A stretch of DNA of 64,000 nucleotides from an uncultured Planctomycetota bacterium (GCA_963719315.1 CAVRBU010000013.1:83420-147419); one strand, 5' to 3'. Positions 1 through 10,525 are shown, counted from the first letter of the stretch. Numbers and translations are program-made. The notes: generated by a model not told the origin, from the letters alone.

Positions 1-1
1 C

Positions 2-475
<474 letters not shown>

Positions 476-488
476 AGGGAAAGGCGTT

Positions 489-1247
489 ATGCGTGCCACG
501 GACGGCACATTGCGATTCATGCCGATCGATGGCAACCGCCATCGTATCGTTTCGAAGTTCGTCGCGACTTCTACCTTTTTGGCACTGGTGATCGGCGTCT
601 TCCTGCTCGCCCGCCGCATGACCGGCGCTTTTTCTTCGCCGCTACCCATACCGCAGCTTATGTCAACGGCTTTTGTCGCCACTGCTTGGGCCGTGATGGT
701 TCGCGATCTTTCCCAACGCTCACCGTTTTACATTTCGCTGGCGTTAATCGTACTGCTGATCTTCGCCCTGGCCTGTTCCTACCCTGGAGCCCGCGTCATC
801 GATTGGCTTATCTGGCCCACTGCACTGTTTGCGACCGTACTATATCCGCCAATCGTGCGGCCTGCCGCCAAGGAACCAGCGCATAGTAGCAAGCGCTCAA
901 CCAATACGCTCGGGGTACATGACGATGTCAAGGAAACAACCGCTGAATTGATCCTGCAACAACTCACGCGCGTGCGCACTGAGGTTGGCCACGAGGCCAT
1001 TCGCGGTACGCTCATCGGCGAATTCGTACCCGGCGAACGCCAAGTGACGCTGAACGTTGCCTTCTGCCCTCCATTTGAGCGGCTGCCGCAAGTCGAGGTC
1101 AATGTATCCGATGACTCGGTGCCTACTGTAAAATTGACGCAGGTCCTCCACAACGGCGCACAACTTGAAGTCCGCCTCCCGCATCCGGCGGCCGAAAACA
1201 CAACCGTCGCTCTCGAGTTTTTCGCCACCGACGCAAGATCGAATTAG
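489..1247 (+). CDS. Hypothetical membrane protein (about 4 TM helices plus soluble C-terminal domain)
   Basis: ORF starts just after the metK stop; hydrophobic stretches; start 489 or 519 uncertain. Confidence 0.7.
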   Translation: MRATDGTLRFMPIDGNRHRIVSKFVATSTFLALVIGVFLLARRMTGAFSSPLPIPQLMSTAFVATAWAVMVRDLSQRSPFYISLALIVLLIFALACSYPGARVIDWLIWPTALFATVLYPPIVRPAAKEPAHSSKRSTNTLGVHDDVKETTAELILQQLTRVRTEVGHEAIRGTLIGEFVPGERQVTLNVAFCPPFERLPQVEVNVSDDSVPTVKLTQVLHNGAQLEVRLPHPAAENTTVALEFFATDARSN

Positions 1248-1378
1248 CGCAAGTCAACCGCCGCTTGTGGCTTTTCGCGACATCTCCCTGTCCGCGTTGC
1301 CGCGTTTCTGGCCGACGGGTATAATCCGCGCAACTTGACCAGCTTTCCGCGATCCCCGGAGATCATACAACGAGCACC

Positions 1379-1858
1379 TTGCGTATCGGACTTGGCGAAG
1401 ACTCGCATCGCACGGCCCCCGGCGGCCCGTTGCGACTGGGCGGCATCGATGTGCCGCACGATCGAGGGCTCGTCGGCCATAGTGACGCCGACGTGCTGCT
1501 CCACGCCGTGACCGACGCCCTGCTCGGCGCTGCCGCCCTGCCCGATATCGGCCGATTGTACCCCAATACCGATCCGGCGAACCGTGGCCGCGACTCGGCC
1601 GACATGCTGCGGGCTGCAGCCGCGCGAGTGAATGAAGCCGGCTACCACGTCGTAAACCTCGATTGCGTCGTCCATGCCGAGCGGCCAAAGCTGGCCGACT
1701 ACCACGAGGCCATCCGTCACCGCGTTGCCGGCATCCTGGGGCTGAATCCTCACCAAATTGGAATCAAAGCAAAAACGGGCGAAGGAGCCGGCCCCGTCGG
1801 CCGCGAAGAATTAATCGAAGCCCGTTGCGTAGCACTACTTGAAACCGTTCGTAGCTGA
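1379..1858 (+). CDS. ispF: 2-C-methyl-D-erythritol 2,4-cyclodiphosphate synthase
   Basis: RIGLGEDSH, GHSDADVLLHAVTDALLGA, DIG and KAKTGE motifs. Confidence 0.96.
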   Translation: MRIGLGEDSHRTAPGGPLRLGGIDVPHDRGLVGHSDADVLLHAVTDALLGAAALPDIGRLYPNTDPANRGRDSADMLRAAAARVNEAGYHVVNLDCVVHAERPKLADYHEAIRHRVAGILGLNPHQIGIKAKTGEGAGPVGREELIEARCVALLETVRS

Positions 1859-1903
1859 ACACAAATCCGCAATCCGAAATCCGAATTCCGCAATCGAAAG
1901 ACC

Positions 1904-3653
1904 ATGAGCGTCACCACCCAATCAAAATCGAACCGAGTCAAAACCTCCACCACCCACCCCACGCTCCGCGTGTACAACACGCTCTCGAAACGCAAGGAGC
2001 CGTTCGCCACCGTGCGGCCTGGCAAAGTCGGCATCTACCTATGCGGACCGACGGTCTACGATAAGGCTCACATCGGCCACATGGTCGGGCCCGTGATCTT
2101 CGACTGCATCAAACGCTACCTCACGTACTGCGGGTACGACGTCAACTGGGTCGTCAACATCACCGACGTGGATGACAAACTCATCAAGAAAGCCAACGAG
2201 CGTGGCATTTCGATGCTCGAGGTGGCCGAGGAGAACATTGCCGACTACAACTCGAACCTCGACGCGCTCGGCGTCGATCAGATCGACCACTTCCCGCGGG
2301 CCACCGAGTGCATGCCGGAGATCATCCAATTCATCGAGTGCCTCGTCGCACGCAAAGTCGCCTACGAATCGGAAGGCGACGTGTATTTCGACGTCGGCAA
2401 AGATCCTGAATATGGAAAGCTCTCGAACCGCTCGATCGAATCGCTACAAGGTGAAGGCGGCGCCGGCGGCGAACGGAAGCGGCACGTCGCCGATTTCGCA
2501 CTCTGGAAATCGGCCAAACCTGGCGAGCCGTCGTGGGACAGCCCGTGGGGCGCCGGCCGACCCGGCTGGCACATCGAATGTTCGGCGATGAGCAAAAAAC
2601 TGCTGGGCGACACATTCGATATCCATGGCGGCGGCCTCGACTTAGTGTTCCCACACCACGAAAACGAAATCGCTCAAAGCGAATGTTGCCACAACCAGCC
2701 GATGGTTCTCTATTGGGCTCACAATGGCCTGCTGCGCCGGCATAGGCTCCGACAAAATCGGGGGCGGCGACGCCGCTGGCAAAATGTCTCGCTCCAAAGG
2801 CGCCGGCGGCCTCGCCGACCTCATCAAACGCCAAGGCGGCGAACGCATCCGCTTCTTCCTGCTTCGCACCCACTACCGCAGCACGGTCCTGTTCAACGAA
2901 CCGGCCATCGAAGAAGCTGGCATCGGCCTGGAAGGCTTCTACCGCCTCTTCAAACGCTACTCGCGCGTCTCCGGAAAAGATTTCTACGCCCTCAAACCAT
3001 CCCAATCGCGCGACGCTGGCGACGTCGCCTCGGCGACCGGTGCTGACGCTGTTCTCCAATCCGCCACAAAGTGCCGCCAAAAATTCTTCGCCGCGATGGA
3101 TGACGACTTCAACACCGGCGGCGCCATCGGCGAACTCTTCGAACTGGCAACCATCACCAATAAGTTCTGCGACGAAGCCGACCTGGAAAACGAAGGCAAG
3201 TCCGACGCAGCCGCCATCGCCAAATTCACGTCGCTTCTCATCACACTCAAAGAGCTTGCGAACATCCTCGGCATCTTCCTCCAACCGCCGGCGTCAGCCG
3301 CCACTTCCGATGATCTCACGGCCAAGATCATGCCCCTCCTCATCGACCTTCGCGCTACCGCCCGCAGAAACAAAAACTTCGCGGTCGCCGACAAAATCCG
3401 CGACGGTCTCGCCCCCCTCGGCATCGTCCTCGAAGACCGCGCCGGCGGCACCGAATGGTCCGCCGCTCAGTTAGCCCCCGGCGAGTCGCCGGGGGCTAAA
3501 TCCGACGGCCTGATGCAGCTCCTAATCCAACTCCGCGCGACGGCGCGCGACGCCAAGGACTTCACCACCGCCGACGCCATCCGCAACGGCCTTACCGCCG
3601 TCGTCATCACGCTCGAAGACCGCGCCGGCGGCACGGAATGGTCAAGAGCTTAG
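1904..3653 (+). CDS. cysS: Cysteinyl-tRNA synthetase, split by one frameshift near 2735 (probably a sequence error)
   Basis: [24 protein letters not shown] and [17 protein letters not shown] in the first frame; KMSRS, THYRS and MDDDFNT in the second. Confidence 0.95.
3471..3499. repeat. Perfect 14-bp-arm palindrome inside cysS
   Basis: TTAGCCCCCGGCGA-G-TCGCCGGGGGCTAA. Confidence 0.85.
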
Positions 3654-3734
3654 GGTCGAGAGTCGAGGGCCAGATCTTCAATCATTTTGCCTTTCCTCTG
3701 GCTCTTGACTTTCGACCCTAGACTCTCGACTCCT

Positions 3735-4280
3735 ATGCGTATCCTCGGCATCGATCCTGGTCTCAACACCACCGGCTATGGCGTATTGGATTTCGCCCAC
3801 GTGGGCAACTCTCTCCGAGACTCGAATTCGCGTCTCGGAGAGACGCGGCCACGTGTGCCGCGGCTCATCGAAGCGGGTGTCGTCCGCGGCAAAGCGGATG
3901 CCAAGTTGGCCGAGCGGGTAAAGGAAATCCACGACGGCGTCGCCGATGTCATCTCCACGCTCAAACCCGAGATGCTGGCAATCGAAGAACTCTACTCCCA
4001 CTACGAACGGCCGACGACTGCGATACTCATGGGTCACGCACGTGGCGTCATCCTCCTCGCGGCCGCCGAAGCCGGCATCCCCGTCACGAGCTACCGGGCC
4101 ACGCAAATCAAAAAAACCATCACGGGCAATGGCCACGCTGCGAAATGGCAAATGCAGGAAGCCATCCGCCGCGAATTGAATCTACCCACGCTGCCGGAGC
4201 CTCCCAACGTCGCCGATGCTCTCGCGATTGCACTGTGCCACTGCTACTTAAGCCGCTTTCCTTCGGCAGCAAGCTCATGA
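3735..4280 (+). CDS. ruvC: Holliday junction resolvase RuvC with an in-frame palindromic insertion
   Basis: [46 protein letters not shown]. Confidence 0.96.
   Translation: MRILGIDPGLNTTGYGVLDFAHVGNSLRDSNSRLGETRPRVPRLIEAGVVRGKADAKLAERVKEIHDGVADVISTLKPEMLAIEELYSHYERPTTAILMGHARGVILLAAAEAGIPVTSYRATQIKKTITGNGHAAKWQMQEAIRRELNLPTLPEPPNVADALAIALCHCYLSRFPSAASS
3798..3855. repeat. REP-like palindrome (family R) inside ruvC
   Basis: CACGTGG...TCTCTCCGAGAC-TCGAATTCGC-GTCTCGGAGAGA...CCACGTG; related intergenic copies at 13570-13597 and 33475-33531. Confidence 0.85.
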
Positions 4281-4374
4281 TTGGGGCTGGGGACTGGGGG
4301 CTGATGGCTGTATGATTTGCCGCAAGCAAAGTCCTCTGGCTCTCGACCCTCGACTCTCAGTCCTCGACCTCCCC

Positions 4375-5001
4375 ATGATCACCAAAGTTACCGGCACGCC
4401 CGTCGCCCTATCGACCGACACGCTCACGCTCGCCGTCGGCGCGTTCGAGTATGAAATCCTCATTCCGGAATTCGCCCGGCGAAATCTGCAGGACAAAGTC
4501 GGCCACGCCGTCAGTCTCCACACCGTCGAGTACCTCGAAGGAAACGCCATGCAAGGCCGCCTCATCCCGCGGCTCGTCGGCTTTCTCAGCCCGATCGAGC
4601 GCGAGTTTTTCGACATGTTCTGCGAGGTGGATGGCGTCGGCGTCAAAAAGGCCCTGCGGGCAATGGTGCGACCCGTCCAAGAAGTCGCCACAATGATCGA
4701 AGAACAGGATGCTAAGGGCCTTTCCACGCTCCCCGGCATCGGCCCGGCAACCGCCGAACGGATCGTTGCCAAGCTTCGCCGCAGAGTCCCCAAGTTTGCG
4801 CTCTTGGTCGCGCGGGACACACATCCGGTAGCCGGTGTCGAACGCGACCTGTTGACCGAGGCGTTCGAGGTGCTCCGCGTCCTAGGCCACAGCGAAAGCG
4901 ATGCCCGCCGGCTGCTCGACGGTGCCCTGGATAAGAAAACCAAATACAAGGACGTCGATTCGCTCCTCCACGCCGTATATGAAAAGAGCCACAGCGAGTA
5001 A
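4375..5001 (+). CDS. ruvA: Holliday junction branch migration protein RuvA
   Basis: MITKVTG start, HhH motifs VDGVGVKKA and [12 protein letters not shown]; position after ruvC. Confidence 0.93.
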   Translation: MITKVTGTPVALSTDTLTLAVGAFEYEILIPEFARRNLQDKVGHAVSLHTVEYLEGNAMQGRLIPRLVGFLSPIEREFFDMFCEVDGVGVKKALRAMVRPVQEVATMIEEQDAKGLSTLPGIGPATAERIVAKLRRRVPKFALLVARDTHPVAGVERDLLTEAFEVLRVLGHSESDARRLLDGALDKKTKYKDVDSLLHAVYEKSHSE

Positions 5002-5010
5002 CGCCACCTT

Positions 5011-5901
5011 GTGAACGCCCAACCGGCCAATTCGTCGCGGCAACGCTGGGCGCGCACATTGTGGCGAATCGCCCGGCCGCTCATCGTCGCCTACCTCGTA
5101 ATCGTTCTCGGCATGATGTTTCTGGAAACCTGGCTCGTGTACCCAATCCCGCCGCTTGAATGGGGCGATTGGAGCCCAAAAAGTTTCAACCACGAGGACA
5201 TTCAATTTTCGTCGACCGACGGTACCAAGCTCCACGGCTGGTTAGTTCCTCACGTCAAGCCGACGCGGGCCATCTTGTATTGCCACGGCAACGCCGAGGA
5301 CGTGGCGGCTGTCGGTGAGTTGGCTGCCCATCTTAGCGATACCCTCCAAGCTTCCGTCTTCATCTTCGATTACCGCGGATATGGCCACAGCGAAGGACGC
5401 CCCAACGAAGCCCGCTGCGTCGCCGATGGCTGCGCGGCACAGCAATGGCTGGCCCGGCGCATGAACATCCGTCCCGATGAAGTGATCGTCATGGGGCGTT
5501 CATTGGGAAGCGCCGTGGCGGTTGCAGTTGCCGCCGCAAACGGGGCCCGCGCCTTGATTCTTGAAAGTGCGTTTCCAACTATGCCCGACGTAGCGGCGTT
5601 GCATTACCCTTGGTTGCCGGTGAGGTGGGTCATGAAAAACCGTTTCGACAACCTGGCGCGCATCCAGCAGTACGAAGGTCCGCTGCTGCAAAGCCACGGA
5701 ACGACCGACGAATTGATCCCCATCGGTCTGGCCCGAAAACTGTTCGATGCCGCGCCAAGCCACACGAAAAAGTGGTTGGAGTACAAGAATTGGGGCCACA
5801 ACGACTCACCGCCGCCGCAGTATTTCCGAGACTTGGCTACATTTCTCGACTCTGCCGACCCCCCATCCGGAGTAATCAACTCCGCTGTGCCGGCGGAATA
5901 G
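5011..5901 (+). CDS. Alpha/beta hydrolase (Bem46/ABHD13-like) with N-terminal TM helix
   Basis: YCHGNAE, DYRGYGHSEG, GRSLG nucleophile elbow, HGTTDELIP, GHND. Confidence 0.9.
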   Translation: MNAQPANSSRQRWARTLWRIARPLIVAYLVIVLGMMFLETWLVYPIPPLEWGDWSPKSFNHEDIQFSSTDGTKLHGWLVPHVKPTRAILYCHGNAEDVAAVGELAAHLSDTLQASVFIFDYRGYGHSEGRPNEARCVADGCAAQQWLARRMNIRPDEVIVMGRSLGSAVAVAVAAANGARALILESAFPTMPDVAALHYPWLPVRWVMKNRFDNLARIQQYEGPLLQSHGTTDELIPIGLARKLFDAAPSHTKKWLEYKNWGHNDSPPPQYFRDLATFLDSADPPSGVINSAVPAE

Positions 5902-6360
5902 CCCAATCTTCCACCGGCTAGCTTGACGAAGATGGCGAATTGGCGGCCCGCACTCCTTGAGAGACCTGCCCAACCAGTTGCTATGTGTTTATAATTAGGC
6001 TTCACGCCTACGGGCGTCGATAAGGATTTCAGCCTGAAAACATGCGTTTTCTGGCAGATTCCTCCCACCTGATAGCCGGCCCACGGACGACACTCGCCCC
6101 TGGCGGGCCGGCCACGACGCCAACGCCGGTGAACCCGCATCCCGCCCTGCCATTGCTTTCAACCCAGTATGCCGGACGATTTTTTTACTTCCACCCGGCC
6201 GGGATGCTAGCTATCCTGTGTTTTCCCACCTTCCCGTTCCGACAGAAGCTTCCTAGCTCGCCGAATTGACTCTGGATTACTAACTCCATAACAATTCCGT
6301 CCACTGCTAGCATCTCCCAAGTCGGTCCCACTTCCCGCTCAAGCGGTCACCCTACTACCT

Positions 6361-7176
6361 ATGCTGATCAAGATAATTGAGCGTTCGCTGGTGTATCCTC
6401 GGCCATCGCGCGAGCGCGGCGACTGGCGGCCTCGCTGGTTGCGGCCGCAAAACGTGTGGTTCCGCTCGGCCGACAACACCAAGCTCCACGGTTGGTACGT
6501 GCCCAACCCCGAAGCCCGGCGACTCGTCGTTTACTCGCACGGCAACGGCGAGCACGTAGCCGACCAGGCGAGCCTCGTGGCCCGGTTGCAGACCCACTTG
6601 CAGGCAACCGTGTTTGTTTACGATTACCGGGGCTATGGCCGCAGTCGGGGCAAGCCGACCGAGCGCGGCTGTATCGCCGACGGCATGGCCGCCCAACGAT
6701 GGCTGGCAGAACGCGAGGGTGTGGGCGTCGAAGACATTGTGATGGTTGGCCGTTCGCTCGGCGGCGGCGTGGCTGTCGCGGCCGCGTCCGAGCATGGCGC
6801 GCGAGCCCTGGTGCTGGAAGCAACATTCTCCCGCATGACCGATGCCGCGGCCGCACAGTACCCCTGGCTTCCCGTGCGGCTCGTCATGCGAAATCGATAT
6901 AACTCGGTCCGCCGCATCCAAAAGTACCAAGGACCGACGTTCCAATCCCACGGCACTGCTGACGAAGTGGTGCCCCTCTCCATGGCCCGGGGCCTGTTCG
7001 ACTCCTCGCCCAGCCGGATGAAGCAGTTTTACGAGATCAACTTCGCCCGGCATAACGATACGCCGCCGCCGGCGTACTACGCTACCCTCTCGGACTTTTT
7101 GGACCAAGTCGACGAGCAGAGCGGTTTCAAACTGCCCAGCCGGCTCCGACGCCGCGAACGGCAGCTTGTTTCTTAG
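6361..7176 (+). CDS. Alpha/beta hydrolase, paralog of 5011-5901
   Basis: YSHGNGE, DYRGYGRS, GRSLGG, HGTADEVVP, RHND. Confidence 0.9.
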   Translation: MLIKIIERSLVYPRPSRERGDWRPRWLRPQNVWFRSADNTKLHGWYVPNPEARRLVVYSHGNGEHVADQASLVARLQTHLQATVFVYDYRGYGRSRGKPTERGCIADGMAAQRWLAEREGVGVEDIVMVGRSLGGGVAVAAASEHGARALVLEATFSRMTDAAAAQYPWLPVRLVMRNRYNSVRRIQKYQGPTFQSHGTADEVVPLSMARGLFDSSPSRMKQFYEINFARHNDTPPPAYYATLSDFLDQVDEQSGFKLPSRLRRRERQLVS

Positions 7177-7288
7177 TCCGTTGCCGGTTGCCCGCTGTCC
7201 GCTGCTTGGCAGATAATGCTGCGCGGCGTACGAAGTGTTCGTTACGGCGTGCAGCGGACGACAGACTATCAACCACGGACGGGCAAAC

Positions 7289-8362
7289 ATGCCCCGCGAA
7301 ACAATCCTCTCCGGCGACGACCTGCCCGCGCCCCACGATGATAACTCGTCGGCTAAGGGGGCCAACCCTGGCCGACTTCGCGACGACGAGATCGCCCTCC
7401 GACCTCAGCACATGAGTGAAATGGTCGGCCAGCGCAAAGTGGCCGAACGGCTGGCGATTGCCGTTGACGCGGCCCGCAAACGCAAAGAACCGCTTGGCCA
7501 CATCTTGCTCGATGGCCCGCCGGGACTTGGCAAGACCACGTTTGCGACGTGCATTCCACGCGACTTGGGCGTCGGCCTGCAGATTGGCAGCGGGGCGGCG
7601 CTGGCCGCGCCGAAGGATTTGCTGCCGTACCTCACCAACGCCGAGGAAGGCTCGATCCTGTTCATCGACGAGATCCATCGCCTGCCCAAAGCGGTCGAGG
7701 AGTTCATGTACCCGGCGATGGAGGATTTTCGAGTCGACATTACGCTCGGCGAAGGGGCTGGAGCCCGGACGGTGAACATGAAGCTGCGGCCGTTCACGCT
7801 GATCGGCGCCACCACCCGTAGCGGATTGCTCTCCGCCCCGCTCCGTGATCGCTTCCAGATCCGCGAGCACCTCGAGTTTTACAGCGAAGAGGAGTTGACC
7901 GAGATCGTCCGCCGCAATGCGGCCAAGTTGCGGGTTGAGATCGAAGGCGCGGCCGCGGAAAAAATCGCGCATTGCAGCCGGGGCACGCCGCGAATCGCCA
8001 ACAACCGCCTCCGCTGGGTCCGCGACTATTCGACCAGCAAGCACAGCGGCCACATCACGCTGGCCATTGCCGAGGCCGCCCTCAACATGCTGGGCATCGA
8101 CATTCTGGGCCTCGATGCCCAGGATCGCAAATACCTGCAAATAATCGCCCGCGTGTTCCATGGCGGCCCGGCCGGCGTCGAGGCCATCGCCCATACGATG
8201 AACGCTGCCTTGGATACGCTGGTTGATGAGGTCGAGCCGTTCCTGCTCCGCTCGGAACTCGTCGTCCGCACACCGCGCGGCCGCAAACTTACGGCCAATT
8301 CGTACCAACACTTGGGCGAAACGCCGCCCCCCGACGAGCCACAGCTACCGCTGTTCAAATAG
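7289..8362 (+). CDS. ruvB: Holliday junction helicase RuvB
   Basis: ALRP, GPPGLGKTT, LFIDEIHRL, GATTRSG, RGTPRIAN, EPFLL, RTPRGR. Confidence 0.98.
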   Translation: MPRETILSGDDLPAPHDDNSSAKGANPGRLRDDEIALRPQHMSEMVGQRKVAERLAIAVDAARKRKEPLGHILLDGPPGLGKTTFATCIPRDLGVGLQIGSGAALAAPKDLLPYLTNAEEGSILFIDEIHRLPKAVEEFMYPAMEDFRVDITLGEGAGARTVNMKLRPFTLIGATTRSGLLSAPLRDRFQIREHLEFYSEEELTEIVRRNAAKLRVEIEGAAAEKIAHCSRGTPRIANNRLRWVRDYSTSKHSGHITLAIAEAALNMLGIDILGLDAQDRKYLQIIARVFHGGPAGVEAIAHTMNAALDTLVDEVEPFLLRSELVVRTPRGRKLTANSYQHLGETPPPDEPQLPLFK

Positions 8363-8399
8363 TCCGCTTACAATCAGTCCTCCTCCGGAGAATATCACC

Positions 8400-9332
8400 A
8401 TGAAACGCTTGCAAGTGATCGGCGCCTATTTGCTCGTAGCCCTGGCAGCCGGCCGAGGCCTCGCCGCCGAGGCTAATGATTCGTACAAAATCACGCCCGA
8501 CGTGGTCTATGGCCACAAGGCGGGCATGGCCCTCACGTTCGACGCCATTGAGCCCCGGGAACCGAACGGCGCCGGCGTGCTTTTCATGGTGAGCGGCGGG
8601 TGGGTCTCCGGTTGGGGGCCGCCGGAGAATTTCATCAAACCGAATGCACCATCCGGCATGACGCATTTCCGCGATCTGGTCGATCACGGCTACACGCTGT
8701 TCATCGTCCGCCACGGCAGCTCCCCACAGTTCAAAGTGCCCGAGGCGGTGGCCGACGTCCAACGGGCTGTCCGCTATATCCGCCTGCATGCCGCTGATTT
8801 CAAGATCGATCCCGATCGCATCGGCGTTTGCGGCGGCAGCGCCGGCGGGCACTTGTCGCTGATGCTCGGCACGGCCTCGGACGAAGGGAACAAGGACTCC
8901 AAGGACGAAGTGGACCGCGCCAGCGACCGCGTGGAAGCCGTCGTCGCCTATTTCCCGCCGGTCGACTTGCGCGATTGGGTCGGCGACAAACGCTTCCCGG
9001 CATTGTCGTTCGATCCAAAACTGGCCGAATCCGTCTCGCCGATCCTGCACGTGTCGAAAGATGACCCGCCGACATTGCTCATCCACGGCGACAAAGACGA
9101 CCTGGTCAAGCTCGACAATAGCGAACACATTCTGGCCGCACTCAAAAAGGAAGGCGTCCCCTGCGACTTGATCGTAATGCACGGCGCCGGCCACGGCTTC
9201 GGCGGCGAACAAGGCAAGCAAGCTTCCGAGGCGCTCATTAAATGGTTCGATAAGTACCTCGCCAAACCGGCAACGCCGCGCGACGGCGACACCAAATCCG
9301 ATAAGCGCCAAAAAGTACCTGCGGCCTCGTAG
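8400..9332 (+). CDS. Secreted alpha/beta hydrolase (esterase/lipase-like)
   Basis: Signal peptide, SGGW, GGSAGGHL, HGDKDDLV, GAGHGF. Confidence 0.88.
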   Translation: MKRLQVIGAYLLVALAAGRGLAAEANDSYKITPDVVYGHKAGMALTFDAIEPREPNGAGVLFMVSGGWVSGWGPPENFIKPNAPSGMTHFRDLVDHGYTLFIVRHGSSPQFKVPEAVADVQRAVRYIRLHAADFKIDPDRIGVCGGSAGGHLSLMLGTASDEGNKDSKDEVDRASDRVEAVVAYFPPVDLRDWVGDKRFPALSFDPKLAESVSPILHVSKDDPPTLLIHGDKDDLVKLDNSEHILAALKKEGVPCDLIVMHGAGHGFGGEQGKQASEALIKWFDKYLAKPATPRDGDTKSDKRQKVPAAS

Positions 9333-9581
9333 TCGCTCCGGGCCATTCGCTTTTCCAAGATCGCCGAACGAGTGTGGGGCGTCGGAGACGCCCCACACAA
9401 ATAGGAATGGATGTTTCTTGATGCCACCAACGCGCCATTCGTCTATTTCTCGGTGACTGCAGTTCAAATTCAGACAAAGAGGGGCGGGAACGCTAATCTT
9501 CGCTAATCTCCACTGATTCGGAATTAGTGGAGATTAGTGAGAATCAGCGTTCCTTCTTTTCTTTCCCTTTTTCTCAGGATG

Positions 9582-10058
9582 AGTTTTGCGCGAGGGCTTC
9601 GCGCAATGGAAATCGCAAGTCGTTGGGCGGCAAGGGAGTACGATTGTGCGGACGCGTGAAAATTTTTTTTTCGCGTGCAAAACTCCTCCTTTTTGCGCGG
9701 CGCTTAGGCCACCAACCGCTGGAAATCCAGTGGTTTGGGCGTGCGCGAAGCGTGCAATAATAGGCGAGTTTGCTCTCTAAGAAGCTGGAATCTGGCAGTA
9801 AAAAAAGCTGTTAGCTGTTAGCTGTTAGCCAGAGCGGTCGGGCCTGTAGAATGCGCCGTTTTACGGTGTTCCGGCCCTTCGGCCAGCTTTGGGCAAAAAG
9901 GCGAGAGCGCGTCGGGGGACCGCGCGCAACCTCTGACTGATAGCCAACAGCTAATGGCTAACAGCTTGCTCTAAATTTTCAAGGATCAAACGCCGTCGCA
10001 ATGCAGCGTGGCGAAACTATAGCACGATCGCGACGACGATTCCACAATTATTTTTGGC
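9582..10058 (-). ncRNA. Candidate non-coding RNA/element, copy 1 (homologous to 38517-39024)
   Basis: Several long near-identical blocks shared with copy 2, frame-breaking indels, conserved promoter-like and boxA-like motifs on the minus strand. Confidence 0.45.
10016..10044 (-). promoter_or_regulatory. Putative sigma70-type promoter with extended -10
   Basis: TGGAAT-N17-TATAGT with TG before the -10; same spacing conserved at 38981-39009. Confidence 0.55.
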
Positions 10059-10234
10059 CGCGCCGCGATTCATCTTTTACCGCGTTGCGGAGCGTGGCTC
10101 TCTTTTCGTGTTCTTCTCAAGGGACCGAATCTTGGTACAGATGCCTCACAATCCAGCTCTGCCGATTCCATCTGAACTGCGAGCAAAGTTACCAAGTCGA
10201 CGACCGCCGCCACGCCGAGGCGATTTGAATCGCG

Positions 10235-10525
10235 GTAACAGCTTAGCCGATTGAAGTTGTCGCGATGGACGTTATCGAGGGCCGTTCGACGGCCCTTTTC
10301 CCGCGCCTGCGGTCTTAGGCCCGCCGTTTACGGCGGGTCCATAAGGTCCCGAAACACGATGGGGAGGCTTCTCGCTTTGCGGCTGAAGCCATCGCCGCGA
10401 GAAGCCCTGTAAACCAGGGCTTGGTGCTGATCGGTTGGCCTAACCAACCCGTCGTCAACGACGGGCCTAAGACCACCTTCGGTGGAAGGAACCGTGAACG
10501 GCTCTGCAATCCGCTAAACTGTTAC
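10235..10525. mobile_element. MITE-like element, family M1, long copy
   Basis: Terminal inverted repeats GTAACAGCTTAGCCGATTG / CAATCCGCTAAACTGTTAC, multiple internal hairpins, second copy at 20107-20289. Confidence 0.75.

Noticed and set aside
2725..2750. Programmed frameshift in cysS
   Set aside because: No slippery heptamer at the site; a sequence error is more parsimonious given the other indels
7348..7377. Third in-frame palindrome, in the ruvB N-terminus (GTCGGCTAAGGG..CCCTGGCCGAC)
   Set aside because: Imperfect, no second copy in the window, and plausible by chance in GC-rich DNA
9527..9780. Short ORFs within the duplicated non-coding unit
   Set aside because: Frames are not conserved between the two copies because of indels
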